Below, piece after piece: positions 37,954 through 51,218 of a DNA stretch of 64,000 nucleotides. A model generated the notes under the pieces. It searched no databases. It was not told the origin of the DNA and was given only the letters and a program-made list of their open reading frames with translations. The stretch lies in contig CM119371.1 of the NCBI GenBank assembly GCA_051294905.1, positions 32,924,001 through 32,988,000 of the forward strand. Reading direction: 5' to 3'. This DNA comes from Botryllus schlosseri (lineage: Eukaryota). The position numbers were made by a program, and so were the translations under genes. Each line of letters opens with the position of its first letter. Positions within the stretch are counted from its first letter, which is position 1.

Positions 37954-39624
37954 CTCGTTTGCGATGTGTGAGTCACAATCACGAATCTCTGGGCCGGACA
38001 AACCACCACCCTCGTAATACGCGATTTTCGCGCAGCTCAAGGAAACGTGGCGCAATCGACCCACGATAGAAATCTGCACGTGGTGTGTATCTCGAGATAC
38101 AGCTGGGTACGGACCAGAAAAATGCATTCTGAGGCCATGCACTGTAGCTGGCTCCTTCCCATACACATATTTGCACTGGTCAAGGTCACACAGGAGATAC
38201 TGAAATTTTGAGGTTTTCCGTGTCCCCAGTTGAGAACCACCGGTGTTGATCATACATGGCTCAGTATACTTGATTTTCAGAAATTGATCACCCCCCACCC
38301 CCCACCCCTTTCGACGACGCAGGGATTCATGAGTTTACTAATTAACTTTCTTCAGGGAGTTCGTGAATAGGGAAAAGGTTGGAATTGATTGATATACGCA
38401 TATAGCCCAGCATAAAAGAGTCGCACCATAATAATACTATCACTATCATGTGACATCAACTTCACCCAATCAGTGACATTTTCATAATGAATCGTACTTC
38501 ATAGAACTGCGTTCTGCACCTTCTCTATATCATACATGTCCGTAGAAAAGTAGCATACCTAACAGTGAAAATGCACGTATTTCAATGTCCGAGGTTAGGT
38601 CGCGACAAACTCAAATTTAGATCGTGCTCTAAAAAGTTTACGACCACTAAGTAAACTTACTGTAATTATGCTATCGACCCACCCCGTAAGACATATTGAC
38701 AAAAGATATCGATCCACGAAATGAGCGAGTTTTTTCGTAGTAGCAAAATGGATTGTACGTACTGCCATCTAGTCTAATCCGCCCTGTAGCTCGATGTCCT
38801 GGTTGCGGTTACAGGCGACGTAGAGGTTGTGAAGACGAGAGTAAAGAGTATATGTCCGACGAAATATATCAAACACAGATCAAGTGTATACGTTTGAGGA
38901 GTCGATGCATCCTTTGAAATGCTGGATGGTCGTCTGGCGCTCAAGTCGTAGTGAAATGGCGATTAGCGCTAGGCACTACCGAATGAACGAATGAGAATGT
39001 TGATTGCGTGAATAAAGGGATATACACCCATTATAAGCCTTCCACCATCAACTCCGTCCATGTAATGTGGAGGGATTGATACTTCTTGCCTTTAATTAAT
39101 TTCATCGATACTACGAACGTTTACATCAGCTCGAGTTTAGACTTCTTTAGTGCTTGCGAGTTGCGAGCCGCACCAGTCGTATACACTACATCACGAAGAC
39201 AATGTAAACATTACCGATCATATGGGTATTTACTCGCAGACATTGATACACCCGAGCGCACTACTGGTAAATATTTGCCAGATACCGAACGTGTCCCCGC
39301 TCATATGGATGCACAAAACACGAAGCACTGTGTGTTTTCATTGCTCAGTCAGTCCGGTCATGTCGTTGTCGTGATGTATATTCATGATGTTCCGACTTAT
39401 CGTTATTAACACCGGGTCGATACTCCTTATTATGACACCCTGTCATGCGACTTTTAACACGGCCCAATTTTGCTCTAGCAAAGGCTCTCAAACTGGGGGG
39501 CGCGAAGCTGCGGTCAACTGAAAATTTTTGTCGCGCTCCCCGCGACTTACCTTCATACCATGATCATTGCCCTGTGCACAGTCCTAATTTCATATTTGAG
39601 CATCCTCCCGCCAACAGTCATAAC

Positions 39625-40021
39625 TGGGGCAAGTTTTTGTTGCCGTTAAATCCATGGAAAGTTGCATTTATACATTTATTTTCGAAAAAAGTTGCAGAAG
39701 TTGCATTTTGACCACATGTTGCTCGGTTGACTAATAAAAATGTCAATTTTCCGGCTCAGCTCCCGAAATACCCGTAAAAGCGTTACTTCGGTGCTGATTT
39801 ACGGTGTTTCAGTCGAATTTGGCCTTGTATTTCACCAAAATCGAAAATACTTCCATGAAAAATCGAAAAAGTTGCATGAAAAATATGGACAAAAGTTGCA
39901 AAAAGTTGCACTGTAAGATTCCTTTAAACAGCTTAAAACAGCATTCTACATACCTTACGAGTATTTAGGAAGCTGCCGGAAGCTGTGAAAAAAGTTACCA
40001 AACTTGCAAAAACTTGCCCTA
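39625..40021. mobile_element. 397 bp hAT-type MITE with GTTGCA subrepeats
   Basis: GGGCAAGTTTTTG/CAAAAACTTGCCC termini; perfect TSD GTCATAAC. Confidence 0.92.
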
Positions 40022-40540
40022 GTCATAACTGTCCAGTTTCCATGCCATCAAACTATCCGTTGGGACTGTTGGCATTCTAGTTGACCTTTTTTTTTGGTCA
40101 ACCCGCCGGTGATTGCAATTTATATGCCCTATTTTCGGTACACAAAATTTGGGGGGCGATGATTGGTGTTGACCTTGAAAAGGGGGCGACGGGTTGAAAA
40201 AGGTTGGGAACCACTGGCCTAGACGTATTTAATACAATACTTACGAGTATTATATGGCGAGCAGCGGCGTAGAAAAATACCCCAAGACAAACAACGAAAA
40301 ACACGGCGTGGCGCGTAATTCAGTACTCGTGTCAGAGTGATGACCTTTTTCATTCAACACTATATTATTTGTCAGAAATTTTCAAAATCAGCAGTTTTTT
40401 TTCCGGTACTAAAGCTTTCGGAATTTGTGACAAGTTTTATCTTTTTCGGAACTCAAAATACGGTAACCCGAATATAAACGTCCAACACCTCGGTGGGAAT
40501 TTTCAAGTCAACCTCTCCAACGTTGAGCGACTGTTTATGT

Positions 40541-42801
40541 CAGTGGTTCTTAACCTTGTCTCCAGTGACCCCAGGGAGCGATTTGGATTTTGAATGGAGC
40601 GGAAACTCTCAGGGGGCGAAAGTGGGGACGTTGGGCTCAGAGTACGGGGAGGGGGTGCTGAAGAAAAATGACTTCGCATTAGATGGTGTGGTAAGGACAT
40701 ATGATTATATCGTAGAACAATAGTTCTTTATATTACTGACCCTGAGTTCTAATTGCAAACTAATATTCGACAAAATCTGTCAAATCAAATCGTTTCTCGT
40801 TGTGCTAATCGCGAAATATCCACCGTGATGCTCCCATGAATGCATTGCATTCATTTTCATTGCATCGCATTGCATTGCATTTGTTGTGTTTTGAAGTGAT
40901 TAATATTAATAAACCTGATACTGATAGCTTCGGTTATTCTGCTGATAATGTTTTGAACCAGGTATTGTATCCTGCGTGTCGAAATCGAAAAGGCACCCTA
41001 CTGTACAACTTTTGAAAGGGATGCCCTTTGTACGTTAAAGATGTTTTGAAGCTTTTTGGCCAAAATGATTACCAATGATATTTGTATTTGAGAGCTACAA
41101 AATAAAATCGTCAGAATACTACTTCGTCGTATCATAAAGGATGATACTGCTTACTGTTGGTACCCCATTCATGTTAATGTTAAGAGCTTGGTGCGGTACA
41201 AAATTTAATGTGAGCAAATCTCTATCACATTCCCGGTTGATTTGGTAGTTACATAAAGCAATAAAACAAAACCCAATACTAATAACTTCACCGTATTGCC
41301 AATCGCAGCGAGGAATTCGGGATGTGTTCGTCGATCTGGAACCAAAAGCTATGAGCCCATAGGCCAGGGGTTCTGAGCCCTTTCTTGGCCGTGGCCCATT
41401 TTCCGGTTTGAAAATGTGCTGTGGCCCGCCTCTTATCTTGGAGTCATAATCCTGTTCAATGCGTGGTAATCGACGGCACAGATATGCCTGCTCATTTTTC
41501 TCTTAATTTGCTGATGATATTTAAATATAGACCTCTCGCGACATGAAATCGCGCGAAGCGCGACGAAAATGTTCGAGCTGAATAAATATCCTTCAACAAA
41601 CGACCAACGAAATAATCTTGGGCCCCTTCGAGCCCCCCCCCAATTGGTGGTTTGGGTGCGGCAGTTACAGCCGAGGTAGATCATAGGCTAAGACTCATGT
41701 GTGTGTATATTATGATCGTCCGCTGCTTCATTCGCGTTGCGAAACACAATGATCAAATCCCCGCATCCATTGTGTGATTGGGGTTTTAGTTCCACTATTG
41801 TGGGGAAAAATATAATAATTTTGGGCCAGCTTCAAACAATTCATAAATAAATAGGGTGCTAATACTACAGAGAAGTGGTGGAAGAGTATCTAATATGCAA
41901 GCTGTACAATGTATGTCTTGTACCAAACCAACTGAAGTTGCGATGTCAGAATATTTAATCCAATGATTCAACCAGTACATATGTGACTCTTAGGCTACAT
42001 TATGTTCAATGATTTTCAGGTCAGACATTTTAAACCGACTCCAAAGATTAATGCGCCCCGCTAAATCCTCAACCATTATGATTCGTTGCAGTGGTGCAGC
42101 GTCTATATACCGTAACCAGAAGTTTCTAATGATTTTCAATAATGGCTATATTTCTCTTACAATAATACGACCTGCCATGCCGAAGTACAGTAAGTCTACA
42201 CATCAATGACACTTTATTCCGAGTTTATTGCACGCCTTTTCAACGGAATACGACATATGACCCTGCCGGAATACTTGGTTACTCCGGCATAACCTTCCAG
42301 TTATCATATATACTCGAAATTACTTTAGTTGCTGTTAGCCGTAGTTTGTCATAGCCAGTGGAAAAATCCGCCGTTTGTCCCTCCCGTTTTCGACTTGTAC
42401 ATGCTGACTCCATACGAGTCGGACGAAAAGTTTATGAATATATTTCTAGCGTTCAACATAAAAATATAAGTAAGCTTACATTAATTCTAAAATTTTCTAA
42501 ATAGCTTTGTGTCCCACCTCAAAATGCTCTGTGGCCCACCAGTGGGCCATGGCCCACCCTTTGAGAACCCCTGCCATAGGCGTTATCCGATGGTTGTTAT
42601 AACGACCTGGATTTAATCCCAAAAACACCACATATAATTGTACCGTTAATTAGTCGGGTGATCTAATTAGTGAAGTCCCAATCCGAAACCGGACTTTGAC
42701 CACTTCCCCACTGTTTTTACTACAGTTCTTAAAATAGGGGGCACCAGGGCCGGACAATTTTTTAAAGGGGGCGCTGGAGAAAAAAAGGTCAATAACCACA
42801 G
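40541..42801. mobile_element. Old Charlie-like element hosting 41365-42573
   Basis: CAGTGGTTCTTAACCTT/AAGGTCAATAACCACAG; TSD GTTTATGT/GTTTAGGT. Confidence 0.7.
41365..42573. mobile_element. 1209 bp hAT (Charlie-like) non-autonomous element
   Basis: CAGGGGTTCT/AGAACCCCTG; perfect TSD CCATAGGC. Confidence 0.92.
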
Positions 42802-43132
42802 GTTTAGGTGATGTAATCTGAGTCCATGAGGCTCCTTGCGTACTTCGTAAGGCGCAGCATGGACCGGAGCCGGATTGGATATCCCACCGCATTTTCTGAT
42901 TTATGGCTGGAGCCTGTTCGGAGCCGGGTCAGTACTTTTTATGACACGGCCGGAGTCAGATCGGAATCGGGTCATTAGTTTTTACTCAAAATATGAGAGC
43001 CCTAACTTGCTCCAAATCCCGGGATCCCGGGATCGGGATTTCCCGGGGTCCCAACGCTAATTCCCACCATTATATACATAAAACGGATCCCAAGATCTCA
43101 AGCCCTGAACAATGATAGTGCATGTTATTAAA

Positions 43133-43290
43133 TTTTCTCACTTGAGTGCCAATCAATGGTCAATGGTCGTCTATTTGTTGGACCTCAAATCAGAACACTC
43201 ATCAAAATCCGCCTATTTCTTAATAACAAGACGAATTTGGAAACAATACATGACTCTCTTTCATCAAAGTTGCATCTAAATTTCCCGTTG
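43133..43290 (+). pseudogene. Chapaev3-type transposase fragment
   Basis: GRLFVGPQIRTLIK matches the conserved GxFxGPQIRxL motif. Confidence 0.7.
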
Positions 43291-43411
43291 CTGACTTCAA
43301 TCAGACAATTGAGTTTGAGCAAATTGTGGGCGCGGAATTCAGAAATAACTTCCGTTTTTCTCTTTCTTGTCAAGTTTTTGGGTTGGGCACCCACCGCATT
43401 GTCTCATAAAC

Positions 43412-45196
43412 CAGTGCTCTTCAACCTTTTCGTCGTGGTACACCCTTTTAACATTTTCTTAAAACTCGTACACCCCTGACCGTATAATACACCGCTAACG
43501 CAAAAGACGCATTTTGATTACATATACAATACGTCCGAATTCCAGCGGGAAGTCGCCATGGCGCATGAACGACAAAAACGACAAATAAAATAATATCAAA
43601 TTTGATACTGGGAACTTAACACCGCGGAGAGCCCTTGTGGTGTTCTGCGCCTTCAGTTATTTCTTGAGATATGCAATGTGCAATTTTTGTTATTGTAGAA
43701 GCAAAACATCCCAGAAGGCTTGTAATATATAATATATGTACCAAAATCGCGAGTATAAATGTCAAGAAAAGACACTAGAACCACGTGTGTAGTCGCGCAG
43801 TGTGCGAAAATTTTGCCCGTTGAAATTGTTGGTAGTTTCACGTATTATTGTCAGAAATTTATTCATTCTCAGCTCTCGTGATCAGATTAGCTCGTAGAGC
43901 TGATGAAGGGTGTCTTCGAAAATATTGTGTACGATATTAATGATGATGCATCTCCCGGTTCTTATTAATAACATAGTTGTATGTTGTTATTTCTTTGCCT
44001 CCCACCAGGATTGTTTGTATTGCTATAAATAATATTTTATTACACATCAATGAAAGTGGCGATAATCGCCTGTTTAGAATTTGTGCGCCACGACAGTGCA
44101 TTTCCTAAAGTTTAGTGTCTTTGCTTTTTGTAATGAGGACAACTTTCGCTTGCGCACGCGGTTACATTCTTAATTCTCTCTCGCTAACGTGCGTCCACTT
44201 TCAGGACTCTGCTGCTGACTTGAAGCTCGGCTGACTCTTCTTCTAGGCTTTTCAAGACGCTACGTTAACAGGGGATTGGCGACGAGGAGCCTAGATAAAC
44301 CTCCGACAAATAGAAACATGGTAGAGCCGAGACTCGAATCAGGAACAATTGGTTGCATAATGACGGCCCCCAACACACGCTAATTTAAATATGTGTAGAA
44401 GGTCGCAAAATTGCCTTACGTCCGCAGGTTGAGGCCGTACGTCCACAGGTTGAGCACCCCTGGCCTAGCCGGAATAAGGATGAACATTTGAGCAAGGCTG
44501 CAGCGTATAGGAAATGCTAAATACGAATCAGGGCTCGAGGTTACTGGTCCACCATCTAAAGCAGTGGTTCGCAAACTCGACCCCCTGGCTGTGCATTGTG
44601 CAAGCATGTATTCTGCGCTATTCATAAGCTGGCCGCAGGAAGCACAAATTCAAAATGTCCGAGCTGTAGTGGTGGTTTGCTCGAGAATCATCAGACAGAT
44701 ATTGTAAGCTGAACATGAACACATGCTAACTCCACCCTACTCTACTCGAAAAGGAAGTAATAAGTCCAATACCAAAGGTTAAATGATTAGAAACATTTCC
44801 TTATGACATCACATTGTACGATATTACGCATCCAGTCAATCTGTTTTGAAACATAAACTGGCGTATTTATTGTGATAGCTATAGTCATCGTATCATCGCT
44901 TCATTATAATGTGGATCTGGTACACCCCTGTAGACCCTATCCGAGTGGTACACCCTTTACAAATTATGGTACACCGCGGGTTGTACGAAACACCCGGTTG
45001 TGGAGCACTGCCATATTGCTCATTAACCAGTGCGTCAACCTGTATACTGACGCATGAACTGCCCTTGTGATAGCCAGCCATCGGCTCATTTGTAATTTGG
45101 ATCCGGTACACCCCTGTAAACCCCATCCGAGTGGTACACCCTTTGAGAATTCTGGTACACCCTGGGGTTTACGAAAACCCCGGTTGAAGAGCACTG
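43412..45196. mobile_element. 1785 bp hAT (Charlie-like) element with a duplicated right end at ~44910-45010
   Basis: Perfect 15-bp TIR CAGTGCTCTTCAACC/GGTTGAAGAGCACTG; TSD TCATAAAC/TCATAAAA. Confidence 0.9.
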
Positions 45197-45371
45197 TCAT
45201 AAAACACATAACAGTACTACTTTTAATAATTTGTGTTCATTGTTTAAAACTTTTCAAAGAACAAGAACATTTGCACTGCTTTATTTGGTTAATTTAAACT
45301 GATATTGCTTCTGCAGGACAAATAAAGTGCGAGTTTTAGGGTCTGAATTTAAGCTAATAACTCATAATTCT

Positions 45372-45530
45372 GTGGGTTGTCTCGTTTGATACTCAATCAA
45401 CAGTCAGCTAACAATGTAAGCTTCAATCTACTTTGGTGTCTTACCCCATCATCTTCAGATTGTGAGGGACACTTTCTCCTTGACTATCGCTGACTATGCC
45501 CAGATTTTCCGGGAAATTATTTAGATATTT
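45372..45530 (-). pseudogene. Chapaev3-type transposase C-terminal fragment
   Basis: FPENLGIVSDSQGE...RHQSR...LADC*LSIKRDNP resembles the FPENLGxVSDEQGERFHQ...RYQGRW...MADYCW pattern. Confidence 0.8.
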
Positions 45531-46366
45531 TAGCTCTTTTGTATGTCTGCTGTCTGACATAAACATATGGCAGTGGCACATGTGTATCAGGGTCACCTGT
45601 CCATCCTTATTGTCTGACCTCGTAGAAAACACAATATTTCAAACCTGACACATATATGATCAAGTCGTGCTTGTGATATTGCAACAATTCAATGTGTCTG
45701 TACTATACTCAATGTTTCTGTATTATTCGTGGACACTAACTGAGTGTGCAATTGTTACTGCACCTAAGACGTTGTCATTTAGGAGAAAGCCACATTTTAG
45801 GATCCTTTTTGAGCTACCAATAGACATTTGTCATTCTCTTGAGTTGTTAATCGGGATTCCTATCTCCTCCAGCAACCCATAGTAGCAGTATCATGCCAAT
45901 GTCAGTATCACGGCAATACACAAAGCTACCAAAAGTAGGCCTACGATGAAAACGCCGTTTTTCATGACGGAAAGTGAGATATCTTCTCTCCCTTGCCAAG
46001 TAATCTTTTCCCAATTCGTAAGGATGCTAAAAGTTCCGAACATTTATATCCCAAGTCCTAAAGGCTATTTCAGTTTATTTAACTTGTGTTGATAGACTAC
46101 TCTACGTTCTGAATCTTATTTGATTTCAAAATATTCATCATTATGCCTGCGATACCAAAGATCGTGATCTTGATCCAAATTATCGAGCGTATAGGAGTTT
46201 CAAGCTACCCTGGATAAGCTGAACGGGGCATTAGTCCTATAGCTGACAGTAAATGTGATGTTTATTTTTAATTTCACATGCTGCAGTTTGCATCAAATAT
46301 GTGTCTGAAATATCCTGGAGTGATTGCATCCTCCAACCAAAAACGGTTGAACGCATCGACCTACAT

Positions 46367-47093
46367 CGGGGGTGAACAACCTGCAGCCGTAGAAGGGTGT
46401 TTGTGCGGCCGTCGACACGTAATTCAATTAGTATGTGGTGGCGGTCGTGGACATGCAAATTAAAATTACGAATTCACTACCGAATGTTATTTAATCTTGA
46501 AATTTTCTTCGCGCAGCGCGCGATTCACAACGACTTCATTTTTCGATATTAATATAGTTGGGGCCTTTGCAATATGAGCCGGAATCGGAATTGTGTGCTC
46601 CGCCCGAAAGAAATTTGTTTCTAGTGCATTTGGGCGATTCCAATATATTTCCACTATATCGACAATCCTGTTGGGGGGAGGGTCGGGAAGTAACAGAATG
46701 CAACAAAGTGACTATAATAACAATTGAACCACCCTAAGATGCAATATCATTTATAACTGGGCCTAAATTTTCGTAAATATTACCTCTATCAACTCTACTG
46801 GGGAAACTGATCACAGGGGCTGAGAGGGGGAAATATCTGATAGTATGTGATACTGCTACTGTTAATGACGGAATACATTTGTGAATCTGAAAAATGTTCG
46901 TGCTTCGCGCGAACATGACCAGACCGATATCAAAAGTAGAATATTCGTAAGTTCACCGAAAATGGACATAGACAGTTTAACATAGGGATTTTGGGTCCAG
47001 TTAGTTCATTACGGGTATTCCCTGGAATACGGCAGTAGGCTACACAAGTAATCGAAATGCGGCCGTGATTAGCAAAAAGGTTGCCCACCTCTG
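46367..47093. mobile_element. Charlie-like MITE; second copy at 56353-58247
   Basis: Right end AAAAAGGTTGCCCACCTCTG; TSD ACCTACAT/ACCTAGAT. Confidence 0.8.
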
Positions 47094-47153
47094 ACCTAGA
47101 TCGATACCGTTACCTTTTTTCTTAGTAATCCATTTGACCAATTGGCTATATAA

Positions 47154-47391
47154 TAGGGTTATCATACGTCAGGTTTTTTAAAATGTCCTACGAGGACGCC
47201 TAAATGTCCTTCTTTTCGAGATTTTGTCCTCTTTTTTGAGAATTTTGGTCAAATTCACTGTCAAATTGGACTGAGATACCATTAATCAGCACAGAAGTAA
47301 AGCTCCGACGGGTCTTTCGGGAGCTGGGCCGAAAAGATGACCTTTTTGAAAAAGTGTCCTATTATCCCGATTCCAAAATATGGTGACCCTA
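47154..47391. mobile_element. 238 bp hAT-type MITE, family of 12707-13073
   Basis: TAGGGTTATCATA/TATGGTGACCCTA; TSD CTATATAA/CTATACAA. Confidence 0.88.
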
Positions 47392-47811
47392 CTATACAAT
47401 AAAAGTGTGAATTTCTGTACGATATGGAAATGAAATATGGCTAAATTCGTTCATATTTCGGGCTTTTGTAGTAGAGCAAAAACTGACGGGATAGTAGAAA
47501 ACCGGTGACATTTTGGGAATCAGCATAAATCAAGTGCAAGAGCAAAATCAACTAATTTGTGTTCAAAATTGTTGGCCAGTGTAATTACTATCATCTGTAT
47601 TATGTAGCGAGATGGAAGGGTCTCCACCCGACAGCAAGAAGGCACGTCTAATAGCAGAAGTCAAAGGTGAGAATTATCATTTCCTCGGTAACCATAACAT
47701 TTCCGCGCCTCTAGGCCTGTAGCTGAACTTAACGCAAGGGCAGGCATTTTCGGCATGTTATTGCTAGGGCAATGACAAACTGCGTGACAAAATTCATACA
47801 ATGGTTGTAAC

Positions 47812-49102
47812 CAGAGGTGGTCAGTAACGAAGTACTTCTCCTTTTTGAAGTACTCAGGTAGTTTTCCTCTACTTCTGGTACATACTCAAGTAGATCTGAT
47901 TTTCTCTACTTCTACTTCGTAATATTTTGTGATCTACTTACTTACTTTTCGCTATTTTCAGTTTGTCAAGTAGAAGTAGTTTGATTCCCCAATACGAAAG
48001 ATAAGGAATTTCGGGGCTGTTTCACGAAGTACCAACATTTAATATTCATAAAATAAGGAATTTCGGGACTGTTTCACGAAGTACCAACATTTAACATTTA
48101 ATATTCATAAAAGTCAAGTAAAGCCCAGAAATTTTGATGCGCTACGCGCATAGTAGTGATGGAGTGGCTAATATGTTTTCACGGAAGTATCAAGGAATAT
48201 AATTTCGGTACCGGATTACTTGGCTTCTCTCACACCGCATTCTCGCCCATATCAAATATTCCATCACAGTCAATATATCCCACCATAATGCATGTAATAC
48301 CGTTTCGCAATCTGGCAATTACCTATCATATCGTATAATCTAGCAGCCCATTACGTGTCTTGCTAATCTGGAAAATCCTGCTTTTTTGAACGTTACACCT
48401 GTTTTAGCAGATAACCTTTTAAGCATTATGGACGAAAGACATGAAATATATTTTCCGCGTTTTAGAAGTGGTATTTGTATTTCACTTTCGGTTGCAAGTA
48501 TCATACTCCAGGCTCTAATTACTTTCAGCTCTTTTGTCTGCAGAACATACTTGTTGAAGCATAAAAGAAAGTGTAGTAATGCCTCTATTTTCCGAAAATG
48601 AAGCTACACTAAATATAACTTTTACGATCCACAATATCTGTTAATAACGTTTACTAATCGTGTATGCTCTTCGCCTGAACTGGGAGCCTTATAATATGGG
48701 AGAGTGGCATGCAATGATATCCTCTAAAACGGGGTCTTCTAGTCAACAAAGGGTTAGTATAGAATTTTTATATCGATACTATAATTTTGCATCCCATGAT
48801 GCGAAACAAGGCTTATTCTGTCTACAATTGATACCTCCTGGGACGCATCAATACGAATCAAGCTCTCTGCACCTGCATCATACTCAATTTGCAGCTTTTA
48901 ACAGTCCATGCGAACGAATTAAGATTGTTTTCAAAACTACTTACTTACTTGAGTAGATTTCAAGTCAGTCAAATATACTTCTACTTCAAGTGGTTTTAGG
49001 TGACTTTTAGAAGAAGTACTTCTACTCGTACTTGAGTAGAATTTTTCGTCGCTACTTCTACTTCTACTTGAGTAGCTTTCTTGAATACTTTGACCACCTC
49101 TG
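47812..49102. mobile_element. 1291 bp CAGAGGTGGTCA-family element
   Basis: Perfect TSD GTTGTAAC; colinear with 20492-21731. Confidence 0.95.
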
Positions 49103-51218
49103 GTTGTAACACGAGAAGCAAATCGACATTCAGGTCCGTAGACGCATCTGTCTGCTACTGCTCAATTCTGAGGAGGTCACAGAAACAAATTGGCATCCAT
49201 TAATTACTTGCAAATCCAACTTGCTAACTATACCTGACCTTAATCGTTATACCGAGTGACATTGTTACGCTCTTTTCGTGAATGCAACGCGTTTATGCGA
49301 GGCATACTAAAACGTAATTCCTAAGAATCGCGATAGGACGATCGATGCGACAGAGACCACCTGGCATAGGACAAATTGGGTCAGGGGTCTAGCGTACAAT
49401 TTCTCCGTGATGAGTACCCAGACTCGGTAAAACTGAAAATAGTTTTTCTCTATCTTTGCATACTTTCTGTCACATCAAGGAATATGGCCATCACCAAGGT
49501 GGTCAAAGTGGTTATCATTTCTTCTCCTTATTACATGCAAAAACTACTTCAAGTAGAAGTACAATCATGGGGTGAAGTGTATTGAAATGAAATAGTTTTA
49601 AAATATAATTTGGTTGGAGGCAATACTCCCTCTAGTCTACTACTAAGGCAACTTGCGAACATTTATCTCGCTACTTCGGAAAGTTAGTATGGCAGCTTCA
49701 TTCACCAAATTAACACTAAACAATTCCAAAGCTGCTTTCTTCCAAAGCAGTCTTCAAGGATAAACTAAAACCAAGGGTCTCAAACACGACGCAGCGAGCG
49801 TACCTATAGTTAAGTAAGAAAGAGAATCCTAAGTAACAACCGCTGTCCACAATAACCAAACGGACTAATTAGGGGACAACTTTTGTATGACGGTATTACC
49901 AGTAGGGGAACGGAAGATGAATATAAAAGAAATGCCTAAAATTACATAGTATCGCAGGTGACTGAACGACAGCTCCTAAAATATGACAGCGTGGAATATC
50001 GATTTTATCCCACGTTGATACATTGTTGATGACCGTTTTTATGAATTGCCCATGCTCTTAGCAACCGGCAATGGAGTTCAACCACAACACAATAAAGAAT
50101 AAATAAATTGATCAAGTTCATCATTTATTCTCAGTGGTAAATATGTTTAAGATATCCGCTTGCCGATGTTAAAGATATCCGTTTGCCGGAAATAATACAT
50201 CCACTCTAGCCGTGGTTTGGACTTATGTAGTATATACTACACTGTGACCGATAACAAGTTGAGGGAATCGAACAAAGTTTCAGCAGTCGACCATGGGGTT
50301 CGCGATAGTGCCACAAAAGACCAAGAGAGTCCTGTATTTCCGGGGACGTTGACGAGGGTGACGTTCCCGCTTACGTACCCAGGTCTATCTCGTGCCGTTT
50401 TTTCCCTGGGAACAATGTCCGATTCATTCGTCACCATAAACTGTGGGAATCATTATCGATCGCCCCATAATCGCTACAATCGTTCGTTAAACAACCGACT
50501 GTTACTTCTAATGCAGCTTTCGACATCCACACTGAAGGGAAATCCAGTGTGCGGGACGAGTATTCTGATGATCTTAATGCGTCCGTCTCACCAGAACAAG
50601 CGCTCAAGGCTGACTATGGTTCTGACGGCGTAGCGGTAGATGTGGGCACGCACCGAGATCAGAGGAAACAAGATTCGAATGTGGAGGTCTCACTTGCTAT
50701 GCAGAGAACCTCACCCTCTCTCCGCCAACGTAAGGCACACGCGGCGGTCCAAACACGCTCATTCGTGGGTAGGTAACAACGTATGAGTAGCGTAAAGAAT
50801 GAGGGCCATAATGGAGCGCCTATGCACTCAAGTGGTTGAACATGCCAAATCCCCTTATCATATCAATCGCCTGATTCAACGACCTCCAAAAATACTACCA
50901 TACATGACGTGGTGAGGAATAACGTTAACCATCATTATGCAGCTAAAATAGACAGTATACGATTTCACCAACGTGCCGCAAGTCATGGAATACCTATGCG
51001 ACAACGAACTTGATGTCTGAAAATGGACCGATTAAAGCCAACATAATTTAACATTAAATGACTGAGAAAAGTCACCGATGAAAAACCTTGTAATCAGTCT
51101 TCTGCTGAGTAGGGCTCGACAGTGCCATGCATTGCGCAGAAGACATAACATTCTTCAAACAAACATCAAGAGGAAATCCTAAGTTATGTTACCTTTAAAA
51201 AAAAATAACGGTGTAGAC

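Noticed and set aside
50770..50812. YGPHSLRY on the minus strand as a tyrosine recombinase motif
   Set aside because: Isolated short match without the other catalytic motifs at proper spacing; 50217-50800 stays unassigned.
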